Source: Verrucomicrobiia bacterium
Lineage (GTDB): Bacteria; Verrucomicrobiota; Verrucomicrobiia; Chthoniobacterales; UBA6821
Direction: 5' to 3'
Assembly (NCBI GenBank): GCA_026398175.1
Contig: JAPLTJ010000121.1
Span: 3,357-67,356 of the forward strand
Length of the DNA: 64,000 nucleotides
The notes under the pieces are model-generated. The model did no database searches. It was not told where the DNA came from and saw nothing but the letters and a program-made list of their open reading frames with translations. The translations under genes and the position numbers were made by a program. This document shows positions 45,993-55,491 of this stretch, in pieces (position 1 is the stretch's first letter; each line of letters starts with the position of its first letter).

Positions 45993-47774
45993 ATGGGACG
46001 CATTCATCTTCTAAGTGACATTGTCGCAAACCAAGTGGCTGCTGGGGAGGTGGTGGAGCGGCCCGCTTCGGTACTCAAGGAGCTTATCGAAAATAGTATT
46101 GATGCCGGCGCAAAGAAAATCCTCGTTGAATTTAACGGAGGGGGCGTTGAATTGTTGCGCATCACCGATGATGGCTCTGGGATGGATCGTTCCGATGCAT
46201 TACTTTCGCTCGAACGTCATGCCACCAGCAAAATTCGGACGATTCATGATTTGGCCTTAGTGAATACGCTCGGATTTCGCGGAGAGGCCTTGCCTAGTAT
46301 TGCGAGTGTATCTCGTTTTCGTCTTATTACTCGTCAACAAGAAATGGAGGTTGGCACTGAGATCAAGGTGGAAGGAGGAAAGATTGTTGAAGTGAAAGAA
46401 AGCGGCGAAGCTCCTGGGACTAAAATTGAGATGAGGGATCTTTTTTATAATGTTCCGGCACGCCGGAAATTTCTCAAAGGAGAACAGACGGAAGCCGCGC
46501 ACTTGATAGCACAATTACAATTCTTAGCGGTAGCGCATCCCGAGATTGCATGGACTTGTGTGCGTGATGGAAAAGAAGTTTTTCGCTTGGGGGCTACCGA
46601 GAGTCTTGCTGTGAGGCTTAGCGATCTTTACGGTTCTCCTTTTCTCAAGCGGATGAAAGAAGTGATGCCGTTAGAAGTTGACGGAATAGTGGTGCGAGGA
46701 TTTTTTGCGCGTCCTGGAGAAGGGCGTTCCGATCGGTCACATCAATTGCTTTTTGTAAATGGACGGATCATTCGTAATAACCTTTTGTCTCAAGCCTTGA
46801 GAGAAGCGTGCGATGGAATTTTGCCAAAGGGGCTTCATCCTCCTGCCGTTCTCTTTTTTGAACTCGATCCCGCCAAGCTTGATTGCAATGTCCATCCGGC
46901 AAAACGAGAAATTCGTTTTCAAGAGCCAGCCAAGCTGAAAGCAGCTGCATTGAGGGCGGCCGCGAGGGTGATGGGAAACTTTGAACAAGCAGCGACAGGG
47001 ATTCCTCCACTGCAAGAGATTGCTCGGTCGTATCAGGTGCAACGGAGAGAATATCCGACAGAACTTTTTTCTGAAAGAAATGCGATCATCGAAGAAAAAG
47101 GAGAGCGTCATGCATCCCCTCTAGAAACCAGTGTTCAAGAGCCTATCGCGGCCATAGAAAAAATTCCATTTCGTTATCTCGGTAATTTAGCTCAACGTTA
47201 TTTATTGTTGGAAGAAGAGGAGGGGCTCGTTTTGTTGGAAATTAGCGGAGCGCTTGAACGCATCACCTATGATGCGCTTTATCAAACGCTCTTGAGGGGA
47301 GCTTTGCAACGTCAACCGCTCCTGCTGCCACAGGTCGTTGAGCTTTCTCCGGCGGAATCTTCTTGGATCATGGCGCATCAAGAACTTTTAGAAAAAGCGG
47401 GAGTCGAAGTGGAACTTTTTGGAGAAGAGACAAGAGCCTCGGTCTCTCAGAGTCTCAAAGTCGATGCTGTTCCTGTCATCGCAGCTCAAGTTCCAGTGGC
47501 CACATTGTTGCAACAACTCGTTCACGATTTTCAACAAGAGGAATCTAGAAGTTCGCTCAAAGAAGGAAAGCGTGTCCTTGCTGTTGAGGAGACATTGGCA
47601 CGCTCCGTGAGCGGCATGGTAGCTCAAGCAAAAAAATTGCCAGAGGGAGAAACGGCAGCCGTGATGCTTGTTCGAGATCTTCTGCGTTGCTCACTTCCTT
47701 ACTCGACTCCTTCAGGAAAACCGACGATGATCCAACTTTCGCAAACTGAATTGCGAAGAAAATTTAGTAAGTAA
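45993..47774 (+). CDS. mutL: DNA mismatch repair protein
   Basis: GHKL ATPase motifs (IAAGEVVERPASVLKELIENSIDAG, DDGSGM, GFRGEAL) and the C-terminal dimerisation region. Confidence 0.93.
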   Translation: MGRIHLLSDIVANQVAAGEVVERPASVLKELIENSIDAGAKKILVEFNGGGVELLRITDDGSGMDRSDALLSLERHATSKIRTIHDLALVNTLGFRGEALPSIASVSRFRLITRQQEMEVGTEIKVEGGKIVEVKESGEAPGTKIEMRDLFYNVPARRKFLKGEQTEAAHLIAQLQFLAVAHPEIAWTCVRDGKEVFRLGATESLAVRLSDLYGSPFLKRMKEVMPLEVDGIVVRGFFARPGEGRSDRSHQLLFVNGRIIRNNLLSQALREACDGILPKGLHPPAVLFFELDPAKLDCNVHPAKREIRFQEPAKLKAAALRAAARVMGNFEQAATGIPPLQEIARSYQVQRREYPTELFSERNAIIEEKGERHASPLETSVQEPIAAIEKIPFRYLGNLAQRYLLLEEEEGLVLLEISGALERITYDALYQTLLRGALQRQPLLLPQVVELSPAESSWIMAHQELLEKAGVEVELFGEETRASVSQSLKVDAVPVIAAQVPVATLLQQLVHDFQQEESRSSLKEGKRVLAVEETLARSVSGMVAQAKKLPEGETAAVMLVRDLLRCSLPYSTPSGKPTMIQLSQTELRRKFSK

Positions 47775-47783
47775 AATCACTCT

Positions 47784-48084
47784 TGTCCAAAATAAAATTT
47801 ACCAACAGAAGAAAGGGCCTCTCTAATCACATTCTGCCTACACTTACACATTGCCGTCATTCCAGCGGACGCTGGAATCCAGCGTCCGTCGACACAGAAT
47901 TGATGATTTTCTAAAATAAAGTCTCACTTCTTTTTTAAAGAAAGCATTTTCTCCTTTTGCAACATCATACCAATTTTACGAAAACAAAAATAAAGATCCA
48001 GAGCCGCCTGGATTCCAGCGTCCGCTGGAATGACGTTTGGGTGTAGTGTTTTTTTATTTTAAAAAAATTAATTTATTTTGGACA
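47784..48084 (-). mobile_element. MITE-like repeat, copy 5 (full length), 9 nt after the mutL stop
   Basis: Both termini are intact. Palindromes at 47856-47886 and 48010-48035. It is the reverse complement of the copy 1/2 layout. Confidence 0.75.
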
Positions 48085-48108
48085 CCACTGAAGTGAAATA
48101 TGCTTTTT

Positions 48109-48140
48109 CCTTCAGTCTTCAGTCCTTAGCCTGTAACCTG
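48109..48140 (+). repeat. Arm (CTTCAG/CTGTAAC words), 5 nt upstream of the NUDIX-like gene
   Basis: CCTTCAGTCTTCAGTCCTTAGCCTGTAACCTG. The short partner ACTGAAG lies at 48087-48093. Confidence 0.65.
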
Positions 48141-48145
48141 TTTTT

Positions 48146-48766
48146 ATGAAATCCCAAGAAAAAGTTCTCGTTGTTCCTCGTTCTCTCTTTGACTCGCTTG
48201 GCTCTTTTCAAGGCCTTAACAGCGAAGTAGAGCGATACCTTCCCATTTTTTTAGATCCAGCGAATCACTCGTTTGTCGCTCGCTCGGAGGCGGAGGAAGA
48301 TCCTTCGCTCAAGCAGCTCATTCCTTACATTATCGTGACTTGTGGTGATCGCGTGTTGCAATACCAACGTGGGAGTGGCTCTGGCGAAACGCGCCTTTTA
48401 AAAAAGCGCTCTCTTGGAATCGGCGGCCACATCAATGATGAAGATGGTCTCGGAAAAGATTTTGATGCTGCTGCCTATGAGAGGGCCTTGCTGCGAGAGT
48501 TAGAGGAGGAGTTGAATTTGCCAGCCTCGTTTCACAAAAGCAAAATTAAACCATTGGCGCTCCTCAATGATGATTCAAATCCCGTAGGAGAAGTTCATCT
48601 TGGTGTTGTGCATCAATGCGAGCTTTTGTCTGACGAAGTCACGGCACGTGAGGAAGCGATTGCTGAGTTGGGATTTTTTACCTACGAAGAATTGCAACAT
48701 CGCATTGAGGAATTTGAGAGCTGGTCGCAGATTGTGATTCGAGGCTGGAGGGAATTGCAAGGATAG
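48146..48766 (+). CDS. NUDIX-fold phosphoesterase-like protein (COG4112-type, tentative)
   Basis: The central segment GIGGHI..E...........RELEEEL resembles a Nudix box. Assigned from memory only. Confidence 0.45.
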   Translation: MKSQEKVLVVPRSLFDSLGSFQGLNSEVERYLPIFLDPANHSFVARSEAEEDPSLKQLIPYIIVTCGDRVLQYQRGSGSGETRLLKKRSLGIGGHINDEDGLGKDFDAAAYERALLRELEEELNLPASFHKSKIKPLALLNDDSNPVGEVHLGVVHQCELLSDEVTAREEAIAELGFFTYEELQHRIEEFESWSQIVIRGWRELQG

Positions 48767-49083
48767 GCGCTGTAAAGGTAATCCTGATGTCTATTGTTCC
48801 TGATTGCGTCCCGAGGGAGGAGAATTGGAGGCATTTTTACAGAGAAAATTGCCAGGAGCGCTATATCGGAGGTGCTAAAATATTCTTAGCAACATCTTCA
48901 TTGTCTGGATGATTTGCTGAAAACAGGGGCTTCTCAACCGAGCGCTATGCTCATAGCACCCACTCTAACAAACAACGCTACAGGTCAAATGTGGAGGTTT
49001 TTTTGAGGGGCGCGTTTCGATTTTACTGTTTCAAACTAGTTGAGATTGACTTCATTGCTGCCATCAAAGATAATCCCGCAATT

Positions 49084-49950
49084 ATGGCACGCTACCTTGA
49101 TCCAAAAAATGATTTGGTTTTTAAAAAAATCTTTGGACATCATCCCGCGTTACTCAAAAGCTTTCTCAATGCCATCTTGCCATTGCCAGATGATTGCGTC
49201 ATTGAGAGTTTGACTTATCTTTCTCCAGAAAGTGTGCCTGAATTGGCTGCCTTAAAAAATTCTATCGTCGATGTCCGCTGCTGCGACAACCATGGGCGTC
49301 ACTTTATCGTTGAAATGCAGTTGCAGTGGACGGGTGATTTTATAAAAAGAATGTTATTCAATACTGCTGCGACTTATGTTAGGCAGCTTGAAAAAGGAAA
49401 AAAATATGAGCACTTGAGCCCCGTCTATGGACTGGCTCTGCTCGATGATACTTTTACTTCCGAAGAAAAATGGTTTCATCATTATCGCATGGCCAATGTT
49501 CATGACGGCAGCAAAAATTTAGATGATATTCAATTGGTCTTAATCGAGCTTCCTAAATTCAAACCGAATAATATTGTCGGAAAGAAGCTGACTGTTTTGT
49601 GGCTTCGTTTTTTAAAAGAAATTAAAGATGGCACAGAAGTAATCGATCCTAGCTTGTTTGAAGTAGAAGAAATTAAGGAAGCACTTCGTTTGCTCGAAGT
49701 GGCTTCTTACAATGCAGCCGAGTTATTGGCTTACGATCAGCGTTGGGATGTTGTGAGCTCTGAAAGAACGTTGATCAGCGGCAAATTTGCTGAAGGTAAG
49801 GCTGAAGGTAAGGCTGAAGAAAGAAACACGCTCGTAATGAATATGCATCACGAGGGATTGCTGATGAAGCAAATCTGCACGATTGCTAAGTTATCACAAG
49901 ACGAGGTTCAAAAAATTATTGAAGCTGCGGAATGCAGTCAAATTACTTAG
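49084..49950 (+). CDS. Rpn/YhgA-like PD-(D/E)XK recombination-promoting nuclease (transposase_31 family)
   Basis: N-terminus YLDPKNDLVFKKIFG, D...VEMQ nuclease core and a C-terminal (GKAE)n tract. Confidence 0.8.
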   Translation: MARYLDPKNDLVFKKIFGHHPALLKSFLNAILPLPDDCVIESLTYLSPESVPELAALKNSIVDVRCCDNHGRHFIVEMQLQWTGDFIKRMLFNTAATYVRQLEKGKKYEHLSPVYGLALLDDTFTSEEKWFHHYRMANVHDGSKNLDDIQLVLIELPKFKPNNIVGKKLTVLWLRFLKEIKDGTEVIDPSLFEVEEIKEALRLLEVASYNAAELLAYDQRWDVVSSERTLISGKFAEGKAEGKAEERNTLVMNMHHEGLLMKQICTIAKLSQDEVQKIIEAAECSQIT

Positions 49951-49973
49951 AACTTATAGGCAATTGACACGCC

Positions 49974-51062
49974 CTAATTCCCCACTTCTCCCATCATTGT
50001 TACGAGAGGAAGAAAGAGCGCAACAATCAAGGTCCCTACGGTCAGCGCGAGGAGGAGGATGGTGACGGGCTCGAGCAGCGTCAGGAGGCGTTCCAAGTGA
50101 GTTTGTAATTCTTCCTCATAAAAATCTGCGAGATTGAGGAACATTTTTGGAAGCTGGCCAGTTGCTTCTCCAACTTCCATCATGTTCACGACCATGGGAG
50201 GAAAAAAAGCATGCTGGCGCAACGAGGCAGCCATTGCATTGCCATGCTGAATGCTATCATGAACTTCTTGGAAGAGCTGATCCACGGAGCGAGAGCCGGT
50301 CGTCTCTTTTCCTAGCTCCAGTGCTTGCAACAAGGGGATGCCCTGAGTCAGGAGTGTTCCCACCGTTCTTGTAAAGCGAGCTAAGATATTTTTTTGAAAG
50401 AGCTTTTGAAAATAGGGAGTTCTCAAAAAGATCCGATCTCGCCATAAACGACCCAAAGCTGTTTTCGAAAAAAAAATGATTACTCCCAGCAACGTCACTC
50501 CTCCAAAAATAAGAAGGTGAGGGTGTTTTATGATGTTACGACTTAAATTTAAAATCAGTTGGGTCAATGCCGGGAGGGCCTTGTCAGAGAACATTTCTGA
50601 AAAGATAACTTCAAATTTTGGGACCACAAAAAAAAGTAACAACCCTATGATGAGGAGAGCTGCTATCAGCACGATCATCGGATAAAGCAGAATGGAAAAT
50701 AATTTCTGCTGAAGTTTTTGGCGCTTGTCTTGCAATGCTGCTAGTTGTTGCAAGACATCTCCCAAGATTCCTCCACGTTCGCCAGCTTTCACCATGCTCC
50801 GATAGTCATTCGAAAAAAGTGTTGGATGCTCGCTCAGGGCACTGCTGAAGCTCTTGCCTTCGTGGAGAGAGGCGATTAGTTGAGAAATGATTTTTTTGAA
50901 ATGACTTTTAGGCTGCTGCTCTTCCAACATCAAGAGGCTTGGCAACAGTGGCATGCCAGCGTGGAGTAAGGTGGCGAGCTGATGGGTAAAAAGAGAAAGC
51001 GTTTTAGAAGAAATCTTTTTTTCAGGGAAATGTTTTTGAAAAAAAGAAGAATGCATTAGCAA
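49974..51062 (-). CDS. Type II secretion / type IV pilus platform protein (GspF/PilC family)
   Basis: Two T2SSF repeats (FTHQLATLLHAGMPLL, FTRTVGTLLTQGIPLL) and 3 TM segments. Confidence 0.8.
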   Translation of the reverse strand: MLMHSSFFQKHFPEKKISSKTLSLFTHQLATLLHAGMPLLPSLLMLEEQQPKSHFKKIISQLIASLHEGKSFSSALSEHPTLFSNDYRSMVKAGERGGILGDVLQQLAALQDKRQKLQQKLFSILLYPMIVLIAALLIIGLLLFFVVPKFEVIFSEMFSDKALPALTQLILNLSRNIIKHPHLLIFGGVTLLGVIIFFSKTALGRLWRDRIFLRTPYFQKLFQKNILARFTRTVGTLLTQGIPLLQALELGKETTGSRSVDQLFQEVHDSIQHGNAMAASLRQHAFFPPMVVNMMEVGEATGQLPKMFLNLADFYEEELQTHLERLLTLLEPVTILLLALTVGTLIVALFLPLVTMMGEVGN

Positions 51063-51075
51063 TTCTCATACTATT

Positions 51076-52110
51076 TTAAGCCTCTAAGCTCAAGCCTTGA
51101 GTTTTTGGTTTCATTAATTGCAGAGTCAGTTTTTTAAACTCTTGGACCAGGTGGTAGACAATAATAGCTACAAAAAAGGCAAGAAGACTTACGGTGATTC
51201 GTCCATAGGCCACATGAAAATTCGAATCGGGAGCTGGTACCATAAAAACTGAAAAGGAACACATTGCTATGATGCCGCGGAGAATAGGCGTATGATTTGA
51301 AAAGTAGGAAGCAAGCCATTCTAATAATCCAAATAGCCCTGCTAATCCGAGGAGATAAATAGTGATGTCATTTGCAAAAGCAACGATACCTACGAGGAAA
51401 GCCATTGCTACAAATGCTCCCAAAAAATAACCGATCATTTGTTGAAGATAGAGGTTTGCGGATTTTCCAATTTCTAAAAAAGTAATTGTGGAAATGCTTG
51501 CCATGACCAGGCGTCCCCCTTGATCTGTTTGAATAGCCACTTCTAACATAATGGCGATGGATGCCGTAATTCCGATACTAACGATGCTGCCAAAATCTAT
51601 CTTCGGATAAGTTTGAGGTGGTTGATGTTTTTTAGTGAGTGCTGCAGCAAGGTAAGTCATCACAATGGGAACAATTGTTTGAGCCCAGATTTTAAGACCC
51701 TGAATCAGCAGGTCGTTTCCGTAATCCGAGTGAGTGGCCGTTGTATAAAGTGCTAAAAAACAGGCTCCAAAAGCATACGCACTTCCAGGTCCTGAATGCT
51801 TAAAAAAAAGAGCGTATCCAAATGCAGCAATAAAGCCTGCCAGAGGAAAGGAAAGCCAAGGGGCTTGGAAAAAAGCGATCAAGAGAGCCATGCTCGTGAG
51901 GATGCCGAGTGAGAGTGCAGCAAATAGAGCTAGAACATGACTCAATGTGGGTCTTGGCAAGAGAGAGAGCGTTGCAGCCAAACTCAGTGACATGTAGCAA
52001 TGGGGAATTCTAAAACATTCCAATACTAAAACAGTTCCTGCAGTTCCAAGAGCGATGCAGAGTGCTGAAGAAGTTTTCTCGCCAAATTGAAATAGAGAAT
52101 TATTACTCAT
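51076..52110 (-). CDS. Half-size FUSC/ArAE-like inner-membrane efflux subunit
   Basis: About 10 TM helices and 345 aa. It overlaps the upstream HlyD gene by 8 nt (ATGAGTAA), in an AaeB/YdhK-like context. Confidence 0.5.
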   Translation of the reverse strand: MSNNSLFQFGEKTSSALCIALGTAGTVLVLECFRIPHCYMSLSLAATLSLLPRPTLSHVLALFAALSLGILTSMALLIAFFQAPWLSFPLAGFIAAFGYALFFKHSGPGSAYAFGACFLALYTTATHSDYGNDLLIQGLKIWAQTIVPIVMTYLAAALTKKHQPPQTYPKIDFGSIVSIGITASIAIMLEVAIQTDQGGRLVMASISTITFLEIGKSANLYLQQMIGYFLGAFVAMAFLVGIVAFANDITIYLLGLAGLFGLLEWLASYFSNHTPILRGIIAMCSFSVFMVPAPDSNFHVAYGRITVSLLAFFVAIIVYHLVQEFKKLTLQLMKPKTQGLSLEA

Positions 52111-53287
52111 TTTCTTGAATCGATTTAAAATCGTAAAGCGGCGGAACAAAAGGAATCGACTCCGGTTCTTGAAGTAATTTTAACTCCGTGTTGTAAGGAG
52201 TGGTGCGTGTGTCAATGATCACGGTCGCTTTACCTCCTGAACGAAATTCGGGTTGTTCTTTTGATTGAAGGACGATGCGGACAGGAAAGCGTGTTGCCAA
52301 TTGGATGAAATCAAACGTTGGTGGGACAGCAGATAAGACACCTTCTCCGGCGGCTTGGTTTTTTGAGGCGCCGACATAAGGAATGACGCCGCGCGCTATT
52401 CCTTGAACAATACCATCAACGGAAGTTAAGCGTCGTCCCATGATGAAAACCTTAGCGCTTTGTCCTCGCCTGACGCGGTGAATATCAATTTCTCTAAAAT
52501 TGCCCATAACGTACCAAATGCTCGAGTCAACAATGGTGAAGAGCTGTTCACCAGTAGCGGCGTAGGAACCTGGTGCAATTTTAAGATTCGTGATGTAGCC
52601 CTCACACGATGCAAAAACTTTGCAATAAGAGACTCGAAGTTCTGCATTCTTCAGTTCTGCTTCTGCTTCTTCAATGCGTGTATTTCTTCCAGCATATTCA
52701 CCATATAAATTTTCAGCACGAACGACAGCAGCCTCTGCTTCTTTGACTAAGGCTGCGCTACTTTCAGCTTCGGATTGAGATTGTTGAACTTTATCAGCAG
52801 AAGCAAAATTTCCTTCGAGAAGCGGCTTGAGGCGCTCGTAGTGCGCAATAGCATATGATGCCTTGGCCTGACGATCGCGCAAAGTCGCTTTGGCGGCTTT
52901 GATCTGTTCTTCGAGCGCGGTGACTTCAAGTCGAACAAGATTGAGTTTTGCGCGAGCACGAGCTGCTTCTGCTTCGTAAGGACGAGCATCGAGCTTGAGG
53001 ATCAGATCGCCACGTTTGACTTTCTGATTATCAACAACATGAATTTCGGTAATGGTGCCACCGACTTGAGCCGCAACGCCAACAGTATTTGCAAGAACTT
53101 CTGCATCATCGGTGCGAGGACAAAGTTCAATATTATGCCAGGCCAAATACGCGCCCAAGAAGCCTGCCAGCAGAATAAAAATGCGAATGGGGGTTACGAG
53201 CCATTGGAGCGAGCTGTCAGATTGCTCTCCATTTTTAGGAAGAGGATCAGGAATAGCGAGAGATGTTTTTTTTTCTTCAGAAGTCAT
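52103..53287 (-). CDS. HlyD-family membrane fusion protein (AaeA/YdhJ-like)
   Basis: N-terminal TM, coiled-coil hairpin, and lipoyl and beta-barrel motifs. Start MTSEEKK, which overlaps the DUF1656 stop in ATGA. Confidence 0.85.
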   Translation of the reverse strand: MTSEEKKTSLAIPDPLPKNGEQSDSSLQWLVTPIRIFILLAGFLGAYLAWHNIELCPRTDDAEVLANTVGVAAQVGGTITEIHVVDNQKVKRGDLILKLDARPYEAEAARARAKLNLVRLEVTALEEQIKAAKATLRDRQAKASYAIAHYERLKPLLEGNFASADKVQQSQSEAESSAALVKEAEAAVVRAENLYGEYAGRNTRIEEAEAELKNAELRVSYCKVFASCEGYITNLKIAPGSYAATGEQLFTIVDSSIWYVMGNFREIDIHRVRRGQSAKVFIMGRRLTSVDGIVQGIARGVIPYVGASKNQAAGEGVLSAVPPTFDFIQLATRFPVRIVLQSKEQPEFRSGGKATVIIDTRTTPYNTELKLLQEPESIPFVPPLYDFKSIQENE

Positions 53288-53523
53288 CGGGCTGAAAAAT
53301 AGAATATCCAAGTCCAAAGCGTAATGACGGCAAAAAATGCAGGAATCATTAAACCAGGAGGTTGAAAAACACGAGAGAGATGAAGGCGTGATGCCACGAT
53401 GGCCGTTCCCCAGGTCCCAATGATGCCGACGATCATGCACATCAGCCAGCCTGGAAAGTAGGCTCCCCCAATATTAATGAGAGGGTCGTGGTTCAACTTG
53501 ATGATTGCTAAATTTTCCAACAT
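53284..53523 (-). CDS. DUF1656 small membrane protein (AaeX/YdhI-like)
   Basis: 80 aa with two TM segments, located directly upstream of the HlyD gene. The start at MLENL excludes the repeat-derived extension. Confidence 0.7.
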   Translation of the reverse strand: MLENLAIIKLNHDPLINIGGAYFPGWLMCMIVGIIGTWGTAIVASRLHLSRVFQPPGLMIPAFFAVITLWTWIFYFSAR

Positions 53524-53552
53524 AGTGAATAACTGCCAACGTGCCATTGGCA

Positions 53553-53712
53553 GTGTTGAAACGTTGAAGTGTTGAAATGTTGAAACGAGGCTCATTTTAA
53601 TATGTTGCCGTGAGTTATAGAACCAAGACTGTTTTTATTGTCAATTTTTACTGAGGTTTAAAACCTCTGTTCAACGCTTCAACATTTCAAGAGCTGCGGA
53701 GCAGCATTCAAC
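53553..53712. repeat. Arm pair (GTTGAAAN / NTTTCAAC octamers) in the divergent DUF1656-TolC region
   Basis: GTGTTGAAACGTTGAAGTGTTGAAATGTTGAAACGAGG and GTTCAACGCTTCAACATTTCAAGAGC... share a perfectly complementary 13-nt core, TTGAAATGTTGAA. Confidence 0.75.
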
Positions 53713-53746
53713 TTTTTTCTTCTCGTTGCTTATAAAACTAATTTTC

Positions 53747-55300
53747 ATGAGATATCTGCGCGGACTGATTATATATCTTTTTTTCTTTTGGGGAAGTTCT
53801 CTTCTTGCTGCCGTAGAAAGTTCTTTTCAAGAAAAGCATGCTGCCGCTGCGGGACCTGAAATGCTGCCACGAAGTGGGCAGAATCCCCGCGAAGGAGGGG
53901 ATCCAGCTAGCGTTGCTACGACCTCAACTAGTAACTTAAACTGTCGCGAAGCGACTTCAGCGTCTCAGTTTTCTTCTCAAAAAAGTTACAATCTTGGAAA
54001 CTTAATTGATCTTGCGCTCAATAATAATCCTTCTACACGCGCAGCATGGAGTCAAGCAAAGGCTGCTTCAGCCTCCGTAGGAGAGGCTCGTTCTCTTTAC
54101 TATCCATGGGTAAAAACTGGTTTTACTGGAGGGTACGACCAGAATTATCTTCCTCTTGTTGCAGGTCCTAATGTCTACAACCGGACTCAGGCCACCGTTT
54201 TTTTTAGCTTAGAATATATTTTGCTCGATTTTGGACGAAGGGATGCTGATGTGGCGCGGACGATCGCTACCTTCAACGCGCTTGGTTTGACTTATCAACG
54301 GAAGTTGCAAGAGATTATTTTTGCCGTCCAGAAAGTTTATTTTGCGCACGAGGCTGCTCTTTGGAAAAAAAAGGCAGCAGAAACGAACCTCGCTTTTTTA
54401 TCAACCCTAGCTGATATGATTGCCCGAGAAAATGTTACTGGTTTGTCAGCAGGACCAGAGCTGCTCAAAGCACGAAAACAAGTTCTCGAAGCTCAGTATG
54501 AGGTGGAGGCAGCTACGGCGAAGGTCAAAAATACATTAGGAGAACTCTGCGTTGCTACGGGGCTTCCAGCTAACACTCCTTTGCAAATCACAACGACAGA
54601 GCGTCCTGTTTCCACCAAAAAATTACGAGGGGATGCCAATGAATTAGTGCGTCGGGCGCTTGTCTTTCGTCCTGATATTGCCGCTCGTGTCGCAGAGCTG
54701 AAAGCCAGTAAAGAAGCCACGCGACGAGCCATTGCTGATTTTTTTCCTGTTATTAAACTGCATTCAGACTATATCAACAGCACTTTTGGATACACTGCGA
54801 ATGATGGGACCTTGAATGGAACGCATAATAGAAATGGAAATTCTGGAGTGAATGGTTTTGTCATGGCGAGCTGGGATATTTTTGATGGTTTGGAGCGCAT
54901 CTTTAAAGTTCGGCAGCGACAAGAAGAAGATAAAGTTGCTGAAAGAAACTTAGAACAGACAAAGTTGAATACAACACGAGATGTTTGGACTTCTTACAAT
55001 GATAGTTTGACAGCAGAGCAACGTGTTAATTTTGCTGAAGGGTATGTGGCCTCTGCTAAAGAAACATTTGATGCCGTCAAAACGGCCGTGGAAACAGGGT
55101 TAACGAATGTTACTGATTTTGCTGAGTCAGGGAGTAATGTTGCTAATTCTGATTCAGAATTGGCTAGTGCTGTCGCGGATTATTCAACAGCATTGGCTCT
55201 TCTTGCGTTTTCAGTGGGGACCACTACTCCTGCGCCCTCGCGTGTTCCTCAGGACTTGGGAAAGCCCGGGGAATTGAAGTTGAAGGCGTTCTCGTTTTAG
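53747..55300 (+). CDS. TolC-family outer-membrane efflux protein
   Basis: Signal peptide MRYLRGLIIYLFFFWGSSLLA and two OEP repeats with coiled-coil segments. Confidence 0.85.
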   Translation: MRYLRGLIIYLFFFWGSSLLAAVESSFQEKHAAAAGPEMLPRSGQNPREGGDPASVATTSTSNLNCREATSASQFSSQKSYNLGNLIDLALNNNPSTRAAWSQAKAASASVGEARSLYYPWVKTGFTGGYDQNYLPLVAGPNVYNRTQATVFFSLEYILLDFGRRDADVARTIATFNALGLTYQRKLQEIIFAVQKVYFAHEAALWKKKAAETNLAFLSTLADMIARENVTGLSAGPELLKARKQVLEAQYEVEAATAKVKNTLGELCVATGLPANTPLQITTTERPVSTKKLRGDANELVRRALVFRPDIAARVAELKASKEATRRAIADFFPVIKLHSDYINSTFGYTANDGTLNGTHNRNGNSGVNGFVMASWDIFDGLERIFKVRQRQEEDKVAERNLEQTKLNTTRDVWTSYNDSLTAEQRVNFAEGYVASAKETFDAVKTAVETGLTNVTDFAESGSNVANSDSELASAVADYSTALALLAFSVGTTTPAPSRVPQDLGKPGELKLKAFSF

Positions 55301-55323
55301 AATAGTTAATAGAATAATGCTCT

Positions 55324-55452
55324 TGTTCAAAATAAAATCTACCAACATAAGAAAGTGCCTTGCTAACTACATTCTGCCTACACTTACACATTACCGTCAT
55401 TCCAGCGGACGCTGGAATGACGTCTGGGTCTAGCGTTTTTTTATTTCGAACA
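55324..55452 (-). mobile_element. MITE-like repeat, copy 6: 129-bp short form with a single palindrome
   Basis: TGTTCAAAATAAA ... TTTATTTCGAACA. Both end segments of the long form are joined at one GTCATTCCAGCGGACGCTGGAATGAC (55396-55421). Confidence 0.7.
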
Positions 55453-55491
55453 ATTTTTTTGTGTATTCTTTGTAGTTAATAAAATTTTTTC

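Noticed and set aside
49791-49820. GCTGAAGGTAAGGCTGAAGGTAAGGCTGAAG inside the Rpn gene resembles the GGCTGAAGG arm words
   Set aside because: It is in frame and encodes the (GKAE)n tract typical of Rpn/YhgA C-termini, so it is most simply a coding tandem repeat. A link to the arm family is not supported.
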